A stretch of DNA of 64,000 nt from Acidobacteriota bacterium (GCA_037445535.1 JBBIKI010000001.1:46325-110324), one strand, 5' to 3'. Shown: positions 28,700 through 38,507, counted from the stretch's first letter. Notes: a model not told the origin generated them from the letters alone. Made by a program: numbers and translations.

Positions 28700-28722
28700 G
28701 GACGCGCGGGGCGTCCTTTTTT
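28700..28722 (+). terminator. Intrinsic terminator-like hairpin within the yajC leader (possible attenuator)
   Basis: GGACGC-GCGGG-GCGTCC followed by TTTTTT, about 25 nt upstream of the yajC RBS and downstream of the predicted promoter. Confidence 0.4.
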
Positions 28723-28745
28723 ATGGTTGAGCGAGGGAGGTTCCC

Positions 28746-29060
28746 ATGTCCTGGTTCCTGTTGATGGCCCAGCCGGGCGGTGGCGGCGCGCAGAGCAACC
28801 CCATCGCGGCGTTTCTGCCCATCGTTTTCATCATCGTGATCTTTTACTTCCTTTTGATCCGGCCCCAGCAGAAACGGGCCAAGCAGCAGCGGGCCATGCT
28901 GGACTCCCTCAAGAGCGGTGACCAGGTGGTGACCGTGGGGGGCCTCCACGGGACCGTGGCCGGGGTGGACCAGGACACGGTCATCCTGCGTGTAGCCGAC
29001 AACGTGAAGCTGACCTTCAACAAGGCCGCCATCGCGGCCCTCGTGAGCCAGAAGGAATAG
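28746..29060 (+). CDS. yajC: Preprotein translocase subunit YajC
   Basis: FLPIVFIIVIFYFLLIRPQQKRAKQQRAMLDSLKSGDQVVTVGGLHGTV is the classic YajC sequence. RBS GAGGGAGG. Confidence 0.85.
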   Translation: MSWFLLMAQPGGGGAQSNPIAAFLPIVFIIVIFYFLLIRPQQKRAKQQRAMLDSLKSGDQVVTVGGLHGTVAGVDQDTVILRVADNVKLTFNKAAIAALVSQKE

Positions 29061-29069
29061 GGGGGCATC

Positions 29070-31844
29070 ATGCGCGACAACATCAAATGGCGAGTTCTTC
29101 TGGTCATAGGGGTCATCGCCCTTTGCGTCTTTTTCTTTTGGAAGAATGGCCTGAAAGAGGGTCTGGACCTGCGCGGCGGCGTCCACCTGGTCCTTCTCAT
29201 GGACACCAACGTTTCGGTTTACAACCGCGTGCAGACGGACATCCTTGCGGCGGAAGAACAACTCAAATCCAAGAACATCCCCTACAGCAAGATTTACTCC
29301 GAGAACCAGAACATCAACACGATCTTCGTGTCAGGCGACAGCCCCAACCTGGGGGTGGCCATACGGGACCTGGCGGACAAGTCGCTCAGCAACTACGACT
29401 TCAAAGCCCTGGGCGGCGGCCAATACACCCTCACGCTCAAAGGGCCCTTCGAACGCGATTTGCGGGACAAGGCCGTCCAGCAGTCCGTGGAGGTCATCCG
29501 GAACCGCATCGACAAGTACGGCGTCTCAGAGCCCTCCATTCACCGGCAGGGGCTGGGTTCCAACAAGATCGTGGTGGAGCTGCCGGGGGTTGAGGACTCA
29601 ACCGAGATCAAGGCCCTCATCGGCAAGGCCGCCCAGCTAGAGTGGCACATCGCCGTGGATCCCAAGCAGGGAGCTCCGAGCCGCGAAGCCATCCTGAAAC
29701 AGTACGGCGGCACCCTTCCTCCGGACGTGGCCGTCTACCCGGGAAGCCGAGATAAGTTCGGCTCCGAGATCTACTTCGCCCTCAAGACCGTGGCCCCCAT
29801 CACCGGGGCGGATATCCAGGAAGTGAGGGTGGAGGCCAACCAGTACGGCCAGCCCGCCGTAGGCTTCATCCTGACGGCTACCGCGGGCCAGCGGTTCCGC
29901 GAGCTGACCCGCGCGCACCTCCACGAACCCCTCGCCATCGTCCTGGACGGGAATGTCATCTCCGCGCCGGTCATCAACGCCGAGATCGGCGACCGGGGCA
30001 TCATCGAGGGCAACTTCACGACCCAGGAAGCCCAGGAGCTGGTCTTCCAGCTCAAGTCGGGGGCCCTTCCGGCCATTCCGCGCTTCGCCGAGGAGCGCAC
30101 CATCGGGCCCAGCATGGGCCTCAGCTCCATCAAGAAGGGGACCGTATCGGGGCTCATCGGCCTCATCGCCATCCTGGCCTTCATGTTCATCTACTACCGG
30201 GCCTCGGGCATCAACGCCAACTTCTGCCTGCTGCTCAACCTCGTCATCCTCGTCGGCATCATGTCCACCTTCGGCTTCACCCTTACCGTCCCTGGCATCG
30301 CGGGCATCATCCTCACGCTGGGCATGGCCATCGACGCCAACGTTCTGATCTTCGAGCGGATCAAGGATGAGATCATCGAGAACAAGACCGTCCAGACGGC
30401 CATAGCCAACGGGTTCTCCAAGGCCTTCATCACCATTTTCGACACCCACGTCACGGACTGGGTCTCGGCGCTCTTCCTCCTGCAGTTCGGTACGGGGCCC
30501 GTGCGGGGGTTCGCCGTCACCCTCACGGTGGGCCTCATCGCCAACATGTTCACGGCGGTCTTCGTGTCCCGCATCATCTACGACATCGTGATGGACCTGC
30601 GGACCAAGGGCGGAAAGCGGCCCACGGACATCTCCATCGGTCCCATCCATTCCTTCCGAGGCTTCAAGATCCCCTTCATGAAGTACAAGGTCCACTTCAT
30701 CGTGGGTTCGGCCATCCTCATCGGCATAGGCGTCTGGAGCGTGGCCACCCGGGGTATCAACTGGGGCATCGACTTCCGGGGCGGCCAGGAGATGCAAGTC
30801 CGGTTCAGCCACCAGGTGGACCCCCGTGCCGTAGAAGCGACCATCAAGAAAAACACCGCGGGGACCGTGACCGTCGTGAGCTACGGCAAGCCCGAGGATC
30901 ACGAAGTTTTGGTCCGCATGGACGCCCGCAATAAGGAAGGCCAGCTCCTGGACGAAGTGGCCCTCGCCACGCGAAGCCAGCAAATCATGAGCGGCCTGCG
31001 CGGCCCGGCGATCCAGCAGGCCATCGCCGCGGGCAAGCTCGATGTGAACAGCACGAACGCCAAAACCGTCGAGGATCTTATCCTGGGCGGCATGAGGTCC
31101 GGTGCCATTTCGGGTACGGACGAGCAGGGCAAAGCCGTGGCTCAAGCCATCCAGGACTATAAGCGGGAGCACGGAGGCATGGTGGCCACCGTGGACGACC
31201 TGAAAAAGGTCCCCGGCATGACCGACGCCATGTTCAACTTCCTCAAGGACAAGGTCGTCACGGGTGACTTCGCCATCCAGCGCATCGATACGGTGGGCCC
31301 CACCGTCGGCAAGGAGCTTCAGAACAAAGCCCTCCAGGCCGTCATCGGATCCCTCATCGGCATCCTGCTCTACGCTTGGTTCCGCTTCCAGTTCCGGTTC
31401 AGCGTGGGAGCCATCCTCTCCCTGGTCCACGACACGCTCATGGCCATCGGCCTCGTGTCCCTCTTCCAGGTCGAAGTGAACCTGCCCACCATCGCCGCCC
31501 TCCTGACCCTCCTGGGCTACTCCATCAACGACACCATCGTGGTCTTTGACCGCGTTCGCGAACACATGAAGAAGGAGCGGAAAAAGGAGGACGACGACCT
31601 CTTCGACCGGTCCATCAACGAAACCCTGTCCCGTACCATGATCACCTCCATGCTCACCTTCTTCGTGGTGGTGGCCATGCTCATCTTCGGCGGCGAAGTC
31701 CTCTTCTCCTTCAGCTTCGTCATGACCGTGGGTATCATCGTGGGAACCTACTCCTCCATCTTCGTGGCCAGCCCGTACGTGCTGTGGTGGGACAAGCTCG
31801 GAGTCGAGAAGTACTTCAAGAAGTCCGGCGGGCGCCGGCGGTAA
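29070..31844 (+). CDS. secDF: Protein-export membrane protein SecDF (fused SecD-SecF)
   Basis: 924 aa, with two RND-like 6-TM modules, SecD periplasmic domain motifs and the SecF region (TIFDTHVTDW). Sits directly after yajC. Confidence 0.9.
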   Translation: MRDNIKWRVLLVIGVIALCVFFFWKNGLKEGLDLRGGVHLVLLMDTNVSVYNRVQTDILAAEEQLKSKNIPYSKIYSENQNINTIFVSGDSPNLGVAIRDLADKSLSNYDFKALGGGQYTLTLKGPFERDLRDKAVQQSVEVIRNRIDKYGVSEPSIHRQGLGSNKIVVELPGVEDSTEIKALIGKAAQLEWHIAVDPKQGAPSREAILKQYGGTLPPDVAVYPGSRDKFGSEIYFALKTVAPITGADIQEVRVEANQYGQPAVGFILTATAGQRFRELTRAHLHEPLAIVLDGNVISAPVINAEIGDRGIIEGNFTTQEAQELVFQLKSGALPAIPRFAEERTIGPSMGLSSIKKGTVSGLIGLIAILAFMFIYYRASGINANFCLLLNLVILVGIMSTFGFTLTVPGIAGIILTLGMAIDANVLIFERIKDEIIENKTVQTAIANGFSKAFITIFDTHVTDWVSALFLLQFGTGPVRGFAVTLTVGLIANMFTAVFVSRIIYDIVMDLRTKGGKRPTDISIGPIHSFRGFKIPFMKYKVHFIVGSAILIGIGVWSVATRGINWGIDFRGGQEMQVRFSHQVDPRAVEATIKKNTAGTVTVVSYGKPEDHEVLVRMDARNKEGQLLDEVALATRSQQIMSGLRGPAIQQAIAAGKLDVNSTNAKTVEDLILGGMRSGAISGTDEQGKAVAQAIQDYKREHGGMVATVDDLKKVPGMTDAMFNFLKDKVVTGDFAIQRIDTVGPTVGKELQNKALQAVIGSLIGILLYAWFRFQFRFSVGAILSLVHDTLMAIGLVSLFQVEVNLPTIAALLTLLGYSINDTIVVFDRVREHMKKERKKEDDDLFDRSINETLSRTMITSMLTFFVVVAMLIFGGEVLFSFSFVMTVGIIVGTYSSIFVASPYVLWWDKLGVEKYFKKSGGRRR

Positions 31845-31871
31845 AGCTCGGCCTCTGTTTTGACGTTCGCA

Positions 31872-31901
31872 GGCCCGGGGGTTAGCCCCCGGGCCTTTTT
31901 G
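31872..31901 (+). terminator. Rho-independent terminator after secDF
   Basis: GGCCCGGGGG-TTAG-CCCCCGGGCC, a perfect 10-bp stem, followed by TTTTTG. Confidence 0.7.
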
Positions 31902-31948
31902 CGTATACCCTGGCACTATGGGTAGAATCAAGTGAGAAGGCACCCTCC

Positions 31949-32497
31949 TTGACCACGGCATGGCTGACCGCCCTGAGCGCCGTCTTCCTCCTTCTGGCTG
32001 CCCTGGCCTGGGCGTCCAGCGTCTTTAGCCTTCCGGGTAACTGGATCATGCTTCTGCTCGCTCTCGTCTACGGCTGGGGAGAGGGGTTCCGCGCCATGCG
32101 CCCATGGGTGCTCGCCACGGGGTTCGTCCTGTTCGCCGCGGCGGAGGTGGCGGAACACCTCTCCGGCTACTTGGGCGCCCGAACCTTTGGCGGGAGCCGG
32201 CGGAGCGGTCTCTTCGCCCTGGCGGGCGCCATCGCCGGGGCCCTGCTCGGCGCCGGGTTTGGGTACGGCCTGGGGGCCATACCTGGAACGGTCCTCGGGG
32301 CGTTTCTTGGAGCCCTGGCCTCGGAGTTCTACCGCCAGAGGCACGCGGGGCGCGCGGCCCTAGCCGGTCTTGGAGCCGCCTTGGGCCGGGCCGTGGGATT
32401 GGGCGCCAAACTGGGAAGCGGCGGGGCCTTTCTGGCTCTGGCAGCGGTGCGGGTTCTGTGGGGTCTGGCGAAAGCTTGGGGGCAACGGGGCGGGTGA
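31949..32497 (+). CDS. DUF456-like small membrane protein (Gly/Ala-rich TM helices)
   Basis: 182 aa and very hydrophobic, with GxxxG-rich helices. No catalytic motif recognised. Confidence 0.5.
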   Translation: MTTAWLTALSAVFLLLAALAWASSVFSLPGNWIMLLLALVYGWGEGFRAMRPWVLATGFVLFAAAEVAEHLSGYLGARTFGGSRRSGLFALAGAIAGALLGAGFGYGLGAIPGTVLGAFLGALASEFYRQRHAGRAALAGLGAALGRAVGLGAKLGSGGAFLALAAVRVLWGLAKAWGQRGG

Positions 32498-32531
32498 TCT
32501 CCGTCCAGCTACCTGGGACAAAAACCCAGCC

Positions 32532-32990
32532 TCAGCTCTTCTGGTCCGGAGGCTTGCCCTTCTTCCCGCCGTCCTGCACTTGGATAATCACTTCGATATC
32601 CTTGGGCGAAGCCTCGCCTTGAGCAGGGACGTCGTGTATCGTTGGCCGGGCTCCCTCGAAGAGCTCTGGGAACTTGGCTTCCAGCGCCTGCACCAGCTCC
32701 CGGGTTGTTCCTTCGAATTCAAGTCCCGCCCGGTACATGAGCACTTTCTTCCCCTCGTGCTCCGTCCAGCCTAGGACCGTGCAGCGTCGCACCGTCCCCG
32801 TCAGAGAGAGGTCCGCCCCTCCGTTCTGCAGGCGGACGTCGCATCGTGTTCGCAGGGGGAGCGAGTAGGACAGCTCCACCTGCACACCAAGGGAGGAGAT
32901 GTCCACCACCCTGGCCGTAAGGGACGTCTTCACCTTGGCCTTAATGGGCCTCTTGGGCGAAACTCTTAGCGCGCGGCGGCGGTCCAACAT
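32532..32990 (-). CDS. Stand-alone PilZ-domain protein
   Basis: RRRALRVSPKRPIK (RxxxR-like) and ARVVDISSLGVQV (DxSxxG). 152 aa. Confidence 0.65.
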   Translation of the reverse strand: MLDRRRALRVSPKRPIKAKVKTSLTARVVDISSLGVQVELSYSLPLRTRCDVRLQNGGADLSLTGTVRRCTVLGWTEHEGKKVLMYRAGLEFEGTTRELVQALEAKFPELFEGARPTIHDVPAQGEASPKDIEVIIQVQDGGKKGKPPDQKS

Positions 32991-33083
32991 AGGGAACCCC
33001 CCTGAAACCTGGCTCGATTCTGCTCCAAGTATGATCCCCCGGGAAGAGGATGTCCAGAAAGGGTCCGCCCCAAAATAGAATAA

Positions 33084-33103
33084 GGGGCCCGAAGGCCCCT
33101 TTT
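33084..33103. terminator. Bidirectional hairpin terminator downstream of cspA (GGGGCC-CGAA-GGCCCC)
   Basis: 6-bp GC stem with a tetraloop. TTTT follows on the plus strand and a U-rich stretch follows on the minus strand. Lies 27 nt beyond the cspA stop. Confidence 0.5.
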
Positions 33104-33129
33104 GGGTTGTCCGTCGTCACCGCGGGCGG

Positions 33130-33336
33130 TTAGTCGCGGAGCGCCTGAACTTGGTCCGCCTGCGGACCTTTGGCCCCCTCCTTGACCTCAAAGGAGACCT
33201 TTTCTCCCTCAGCGAGCTTGCGGAACCCGCTGCCGACGATGGCGCTGTAGTGGACGAACACGTCCTTACCGCCATCTTCCGTGATGAACCCGTAGCCCTT
33301 TTTCTCGTCGAACCACTTCACTGTTCCTGTAGACAT
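33130..33336 (-). CDS. cspA: Cold-shock protein (CspA family)
   Basis: [33 protein letters not shown], with RNP1/RNP2 motifs. 68 aa. Confidence 0.9.
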   Translation of the reverse strand: MSTGTVKWFDEKKGYGFITEDGGKDVFVHYSAIVGSGFRKLAEGEKVSFEVKEGAKGPQADQVQALRD

Positions 33337-33465
33337 TGCAGCTCCTTCATTTGAAAATCGTCCCTCCGGTAAACGGGCTCACCGGAGACCCGAACGTACC
33401 ATCCCATCCCGCCCTCTGTCAAGCTGGCACAGTCTTTCAGGGCCTTTCCGCCGGGCCGCGCCGCG

Positions 33466-33494
33466 TTGACGCTGGGGTCGGGCCACGGTAAACT
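33466..33494 (+). promoter_or_regulatory. Predicted sigma70 promoter of the pyrR-pyrB-pyrC operon (TTGACG-N17-TAAACT)
   Basis: -35 TTGACG at 33466-33471 and -10 TAAACT at 33489-33494, about 100 nt upstream of the pyrR ATG. Confidence 0.4.
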
Positions 33495-33596
33495 GAACCA
33501 TGACCGGAGAGACCGCGCCACCCCTTCCGTCGTCCGTGAGGGGTAGTCCCGGGGAGGGGCGCCCAGCGCCAGCCCCCGGCCAAGGAGACCGATCCC

Positions 33597-34154
33597 ATGA
33601 AGCGGAAGACCATCCTCGACGCGGCGGGCATCCAGCGCACCCTGGGCCGCCTGGCCCTGGAACTCGCCGAGCGCCTCCAGGGGTGCGAGGGCGTGGTGCT
33701 CATCGGCATCCACCGGCGGGGCGTACCTCTGGCCCGGCGCATCGCTGACAAGCTCAGCGAGGTGGAGAAGGTGCAGGTGCCCGTGGGGAGCCTGGACATC
33801 AACCTCTACCGGGACGATTTCTCCAGCGCGGGGACGGCTCCCGTCCTCCGTGGAACCCAGGTGGACTTCGACATCGAGGGGCGGACCGTGGTTCTGGTGG
33901 ATGACGTCCTTTTCACCGGGAGGACCATCCGCGCGGCCCTCGACGCCCTCGTAGACTTGGGGCGCCCGGCCCGGGTCCAGCTCGCGGTCCTCGTGGACCG
34001 CGGCCACCGGGAACTGCCCGTTCAGGCCGACTATGTGGGCCTCTCCCTCAACACGCGGCGAGAGGACCACGTGGAGCTGCACCTAACCGAGTTCGACGGC
34101 GAGGACGCGCTCCTGTTGGAGACGCAGATCACCGCCAAGGAGGGGAGACCATGA
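33597..34154 (+). CDS. pyrR: Bifunctional pyrimidine operon regulator / uracil phosphoribosyltransferase PyrR
   Basis: 185 aa. PRPP-binding [18 protein letters not shown] and PyrR N-terminus [15 protein letters not shown]. Confidence 0.9.
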   Translation: MKRKTILDAAGIQRTLGRLALELAERLQGCEGVVLIGIHRRGVPLARRIADKLSEVEKVQVPVGSLDINLYRDDFSSAGTAPVLRGTQVDFDIEGRTVVLVDDVLFTGRTIRAALDALVDLGRPARVQLAVLVDRGHRELPVQADYVGLSLNTRREDHVELHLTEFDGEDALLLETQITAKEGRP

Positions 34155-35089
34155 ACTGGCGCCACAAACACCTCCTGGGCATCGAAGGGCTCGCGCCGGA
34201 AGAGATCAACCTCGTCCTGGACACGGCGGACAAGATGGCCGAGGTGGCCACGCGTCCCGTTAAAAAAGTGCCCGCCCTCCGCGCCAAACTCGTGGTGAAC
34301 CTGTTCTTCGAAAATTCCACCCGCACCCGTTCCTCCTTCGAGATCGCCGAGAAGCGCCTGAGCGCCGACACCCTCAACTTCTCCGCCAGCACCTCCTCGG
34401 TGAACAAGGGCGAATCCCTCGTGGACACCATCCTCAACATCGAGCGCATGATGCCCGACTGCTACGTCATGCGGCACCCCAGCCCCGGCGCGGGCCAGCT
34501 CATCAGCGGGTTCACCAAGGCCTCCATCGTCAACGCGGGGGACGGTGCCCATGAACACCCCACGCAGGCCCTCCTCGATGCCATGACCATCCGCCAGCGG
34601 AAGGGCGGCTTCAAGGGGCTCCAAGTCCTCATCGCCGGGGACATCGCCCACTCCCGCGTGGTGCGGTCCAACATCCACCTCCTCAACACGATGGGTGCCG
34701 AGGTCACGGTGTGCGGCCCAGCCACCCTGCTCCCGCCGCACATCGAGAGCCTCGGTGTGAGAGCGAGCACGGACTTCGAGGAGGCGATCAAGGGCAAGGA
34801 CGTGGTCATGATGCTGCGCATCCAACTCGAGCGGCAGAAGCGCGGCCTTTTCCCCTCCCTCACGGAGTACTACCAGCGTTACGGCCTCACCGAAGAGCGG
34901 CTGAAGCTGGCGGCTAAGGACGTCATCGTCATGCACCCCGGGCCCATGAACCGGGGGGTGGAAATCGCCTCCGAGGTGGCCGACGGGCCCACTTCGGTGA
35001 TCCTGGACCAGGTGGAGAACGGCGTGTCGGTGCGCATGGCCGTGCTGTACCTCCTGCTGGGCGGAGGGGAAGATGTATCTGCTCATTAA
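34151..35089 (+). CDS. pyrB: Aspartate carbamoyltransferase catalytic subunit
   Basis: STRTR, HPTQAL and HPGP motifs. ATGA overlap with pyrR. Confidence 0.9.
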   Translation: MNWRHKHLLGIEGLAPEEINLVLDTADKMAEVATRPVKKVPALRAKLVVNLFFENSTRTRSSFEIAEKRLSADTLNFSASTSSVNKGESLVDTILNIERMMPDCYVMRHPSPGAGQLISGFTKASIVNAGDGAHEHPTQALLDAMTIRQRKGGFKGLQVLIAGDIAHSRVVRSNIHLLNTMGAEVTVCGPATLLPPHIESLGVRASTDFEEAIKGKDVVMMLRIQLERQKRGLFPSLTEYYQRYGLTEERLKLAAKDVIVMHPGPMNRGVEIASEVADGPTSVILDQVENGVSVRMAVLYLLLGGGEDVSAH

Positions 35090-36350
35090 GAACGGCCGCG
35101 TGGTGGACCCCTCCTCGGGCACCGACGAGACCCTCGACGTGCTCATTAAGGACGGCCGCGTGGAGGCCGTGGACAAAAAGCTGGAGGCAAAGGGGGCCGA
35201 GGTCCTGGACGCCACGGGCCTCATCGTGGCCCCGGGATTCTTGGACATGCACGTGCACCTGCGGGAGCCAGGCTACGAACGCAAGGAGACGATCGCCACG
35301 GGTTTGGCGGCCGCTCTCGCGGGAGGCTTCACGGGGGTCTGCTGCATGCCCAATACGGACCCCGTCAACGACAGCGCCTCCGTGACCCGATTCATCCTGG
35401 ACCGGGCTAGGGCGGTGAGCCCCGTCCGTGTCTATCCCATCGGTGCCATCACGAAAGAGTCCAAGGGCGAGGAGCTGGCCCCCTACGCGGAGCTGAGAGA
35501 GGCCGGCGTGCGGGCCCTATCGGACGACGGCAAGCCCGTGGTGAAGGCCTCGGTCATGCGCCGGGCCATGGAATACGCGGGCTCCCTGGGGCTGCTGGTC
35601 ATTGACCACTGCGAAGACCCGGATCTGGCCGGAGAGGGTTCCATGCACGAAGGCACGGTTTCGGTGCGCCTGGGACTCAAGGGCATCCCCGCGGAGGCTG
35701 AGGTCATTCCCATCCGCCGTGACATCTCCCTGGCGCGCCTCACGGGACAGCGAGTCCACATCGCCCACGTCTCCACCCGGCTGGGCGTGGAAGCCATACG
35801 CGCCGCCAAGAAAAAGCGCCTTCCCGTCACCGCCGAGGCTACGCCCCACCACTTCACCCTCACGGATGAAGCGGTGGCGGGCTTTGACACGAACGCCAAG
35901 ATGAACCCCCCCTTGAGGGGCAAGGACGACGTGGACGCGGTCATCGAGGGTTTGGCCGACGGCACCCTCGACGCCATCGTCACGGATCACGCCCCTCATG
36001 CCTACGAGGAGAAGATGGTGGAGTTCGACCGGGCCCCCAACGGGATCATCGGCCTCCAAACGGCCGTCCCCCTGGCGCTGGACCGCCTCGTGAAGACCGA
36101 CCGCATTTCCCTCAAGCGCATGGTGGACGCCTTCTCCTGCGCCCCCGCGCGCCTGCTGGGTCTCACGGACAAGGGAAAGATCGCTCCGGGGGTGGAGGCG
36201 GATCTCACCCTCTTTTCCCTGCGCAAAGAGACGCGTCTCACGGCCGGGGACATCAAATCCCTGAGCAAGAACACTCCCTTCCTGGGGATGAAACTCAAGG
36301 GCGCCGTAGTGGCCGTGGTCATCGGCGGCCGGGTGTACCCGGCGAGATGA
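35073..36350 (+). CDS. pyrC: Dihydroorotase (multifunctional-complex type)
   Basis: [10 protein letters not shown], and Asp/His metal ligands of the amidohydrolase fold. 425 aa. Confidence 0.85.
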   Translation: MYLLIKNGRVVDPSSGTDETLDVLIKDGRVEAVDKKLEAKGAEVLDATGLIVAPGFLDMHVHLREPGYERKETIATGLAAALAGGFTGVCCMPNTDPVNDSASVTRFILDRARAVSPVRVYPIGAITKESKGEELAPYAELREAGVRALSDDGKPVVKASVMRRAMEYAGSLGLLVIDHCEDPDLAGEGSMHEGTVSVRLGLKGIPAEAEVIPIRRDISLARLTGQRVHIAHVSTRLGVEAIRAAKKKRLPVTAEATPHHFTLTDEAVAGFDTNAKMNPPLRGKDDVDAVIEGLADGTLDAIVTDHAPHAYEEKMVEFDRAPNGIIGLQTAVPLALDRLVKTDRISLKRMVDAFSCAPARLLGLTDKGKIAPGVEADLTLFSLRKETRLTAGDIKSLSKNTPFLGMKLKGAVVAVVIGGRVYPAR

Positions 36351-36492
36351 CAGGGAGACTTACCCCCAAGGCGCCCAGACACCGCGAGAGCGGAAAACTG
36401 TTCCGCACGAACGTGGACCGGTGGCACTGTGTTATAACACGCTACGAGTTTCTCAATAACCCCAAGCTAGTTCCAGGTGCCTTGGTGCCAGG

Positions 36493-37860
36493 GTGGTTCG
36501 TTCCTTGAAATCCTCGACGGTGTTTGTGTGCCAGTCGTGCGGGACCCAGAGCCCCAAGTGGTTGGGACGCTGCCCAGGGTGCGGCGAGTGGAACACCCTG
36601 GTGGAAGAGATCTCGGGCGGCGAGGAGCCGCGCCCAGGCCTCCCGCGCAAGGCGGGCCGGGCTACGCCCCTTCCGGAGGTGTCCTTCGACGAGGGGGCGC
36701 GCCTGTCCACGGGCATGGCCGAAGTGGACCGGGTGCTTGGGGGCGGCCTCTTTCCCGGCGGCGTCACCCTCCTGGGAGGAGATCCTGGGGTCGGCAAATC
36801 AACCCTCCTCCTCCAGCTCTTCGGGCACCTCGCCCGGGGCCGCACCCTCCTCTACGCCAGCGGCGAGGAATCCCTGGCGCAGGTAGCCGCCCGTGCGGGC
36901 CGGCTCGGCATTGACTCATCCACGCTGCACCTCTACGCCGAGACCTCCCTCGAAGCCATCCTCGGGGAGGTGGAGCGCCTGGCGCCAGCCGCGCTGGCCG
37001 TAGACTCCATCCAGACCGCGGGCACCTCGGCCCTGAACGCTACGCCCGGATCCCTCTCTCAGGTTCGGGAGTGCTCAGCTCGCCTCATCGAGGTGGCCAA
37101 GGGGAGGGGCATGCCGGTGGTGATGGTGGGCCACATTACGAAGGACGGCATGATCGCCGGCCCTAAGGCCCTGGAGCACATGGTGGATACGGTCCTGTAC
37201 CTGGAGGGGGAGAAGTACCGCCACCTGAAGGTCCTGCGGGCGCAGAAGAACCGCTTCGGAGCCACCTCCGAACTGGCCCTCTTGGACATGACCGGAGAAG
37301 GCCTCAAAGAAGTGGAGAACCCTTCGGCGGCCCTCCTGGCGGACCGTCCCCTTCACGTCCCCGGCTCCCTCATCGGCGTGGCCGTCCAGGGGACGAGGCC
37401 TCTCCTCTTCGAAATCCAGGCCCTTACCAGTCCCTCTGCTTTCGGCTTGGCCAAGCGCATGAGCCTGGGGCTGGACCGCAACCGCGTGCAGCTCCTCACC
37501 GCCGTGCTGGAGCGCGCGGCGCGCATGACCATGGGGGACCGGGATCTCTTCGTGAACGTGGTGGGCGGGGTGGAGCTGGACGAGCCGGCCCTTGACCTGC
37601 CCCTGTGCATGGCGGTGGCATCGGCCTACCGGGGCGAGGCTCTCCCGTCCGACCTGGCTGCCTTCGGCGAAGTGGGCCTCGCGGGCGAAATTCGAGGGGT
37701 GGGTTCGGCCCGTGCCCGTGCCGCTGAAGCGGCCGCGCTTGGCTTCACGCGCTGTCTCCTCCCCGCCTCAGACCACAAGCGCCTGGAGACCCCTCCCAAG
37801 GGGATCACCCTGCACCCCGTCACCCGCCTGGACGAAGCCCTCGCCCTGCTCCTGCCCTAG
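36493..37860 (+). CDS. radA: DNA repair protein RadA (Sms)
   Basis: Zn ribbon CQSCGTQSPKWLGRCPGCGEWNT, Walker A GDPGVGKST, KNRFG motif and a Lon-like C-terminal domain. Confidence 0.9.
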   Translation: MVRSLKSSTVFVCQSCGTQSPKWLGRCPGCGEWNTLVEEISGGEEPRPGLPRKAGRATPLPEVSFDEGARLSTGMAEVDRVLGGGLFPGGVTLLGGDPGVGKSTLLLQLFGHLARGRTLLYASGEESLAQVAARAGRLGIDSSTLHLYAETSLEAILGEVERLAPAALAVDSIQTAGTSALNATPGSLSQVRECSARLIEVAKGRGMPVVMVGHITKDGMIAGPKALEHMVDTVLYLEGEKYRHLKVLRAQKNRFGATSELALLDMTGEGLKEVENPSAALLADRPLHVPGSLIGVAVQGTRPLLFEIQALTSPSAFGLAKRMSLGLDRNRVQLLTAVLERAARMTMGDRDLFVNVVGGVELDEPALDLPLCMAVASAYRGEALPSDLAAFGEVGLAGEIRGVGSARARAAEAAALGFTRCLLPASDHKRLETPPKGITLHPVTRLDEALALLLP

Positions 37861-37880
37861 CAGCCTGCCGAGCCTCGCCC

Positions 37881-37911
37881 CAAAAGGAAAGGGCCCGGCA
37901 TGGCGCCGGGC
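37881..37911 (-). terminator. Hairpin terminator for the minus-strand lipoprotein gene (GCCCGGC-ATGGC-GCCGGGC followed by a U-rich tract on the minus strand)
   Basis: 7-bp GC stem. The plus strand has CAAAAGGAAAG upstream, which gives a U-rich run on the minus strand after the hairpin. Confidence 0.45.
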
Positions 37912-37937
37912 ACCCTCGTCTCATCAAAGAGACAGGC

Positions 37938-38507
37938 CTAGTTTCCCTTGGAATGGGTCGCCGGTGTCTGTGCCGGGGCGGGGCGGGTATCCACCGGAGG
38001 ATGGCCCGCGGGGAGGCCCGTGGCGTCTCCGTGGGCCGGCATGCCCGAAGGCGCGCCCTCGCCTCCCATGGCGGGGTGGCCGGGAGGCATCTCGCCCGCG
38101 CCCGGGGACATACCGCCGCTGTGGGCGCCGCTCTTGGATTTGGAGGAGGTGACCTTCCAGGCGCCGTTCTCCTGGGCCAGCTCGTAGGTGTATTCCATGG
38201 GCGCCATCCCGCCGCCCTTCACGGTGAAGGTAACATCACAGGTTGCCTTGTTACCTTCAATTTTCTGGCCCGTCACCGCCACCTCCATCTTGGACAGGTT
38301 CAGCTGGCGCACATCCTGGAGGTACGCGTAGACGGCTTTCTGGATGGGGTCAGAGGGGGCAGGCGCGCCAGCGGACTCGGGCGCGGCCACCGGGGCGGCG
38401 ATCTGTCCCGTCTGGGCCTGGTCGTTGGGGGTGGCGGGCTTGGAACAGGCCAGGCCAAGGCAGGCCAGAAGCAGGGCAGCCGGGATCGCGATGGGCTTCA
38501 GGTGCAT
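37938..38507 (-). CDS. Putative lipoprotein with C-terminal Met/His/Gly/Pro-rich tail (candidate periplasmic metal-binding protein)
   Basis: Start chosen at the ATG (MHLKPIAIPAALLLACLGLACS) because the RBS GGAGAAA lies 6 nt upstream. Lipobox-like LAC/LAC. Small folded domain followed by GMSPGAGEMPPGHPAMGGEGAPSGMPAHGDATGLPAGHPP. Confidence 0.6.
   Translation of the reverse strand: MHLKPIAIPAALLLACLGLACSKPATPNDQAQTGQIAAPVAAPESAGAPAPSDPIQKAVYAYLQDVRQLNLSKMEVAVTGQKIEGNKATCDVTFTVKGGGMAPMEYTYELAQENGAWKVTSSKSKSGAHSGGMSPGAGEMPPGHPAMGGEGAPSGMPAHGDATGLPAGHPPVDTRPAPAQTPATHSKGN

Noticed and set aside
29637-31961. 774-aa ORF antisense to secDF, and similar long antisense ORFs (5604-7100, 16011-17045, 22340-23833, 8785-10308, 13010-13246)
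   Set aside because: Their products are Gly/Arg/Pro/His-rich and low-complexity, and they lie opposite strongly conserved genes. Long stop-free antisense frames are expected at about 68% GC. No independent evidence supports them.
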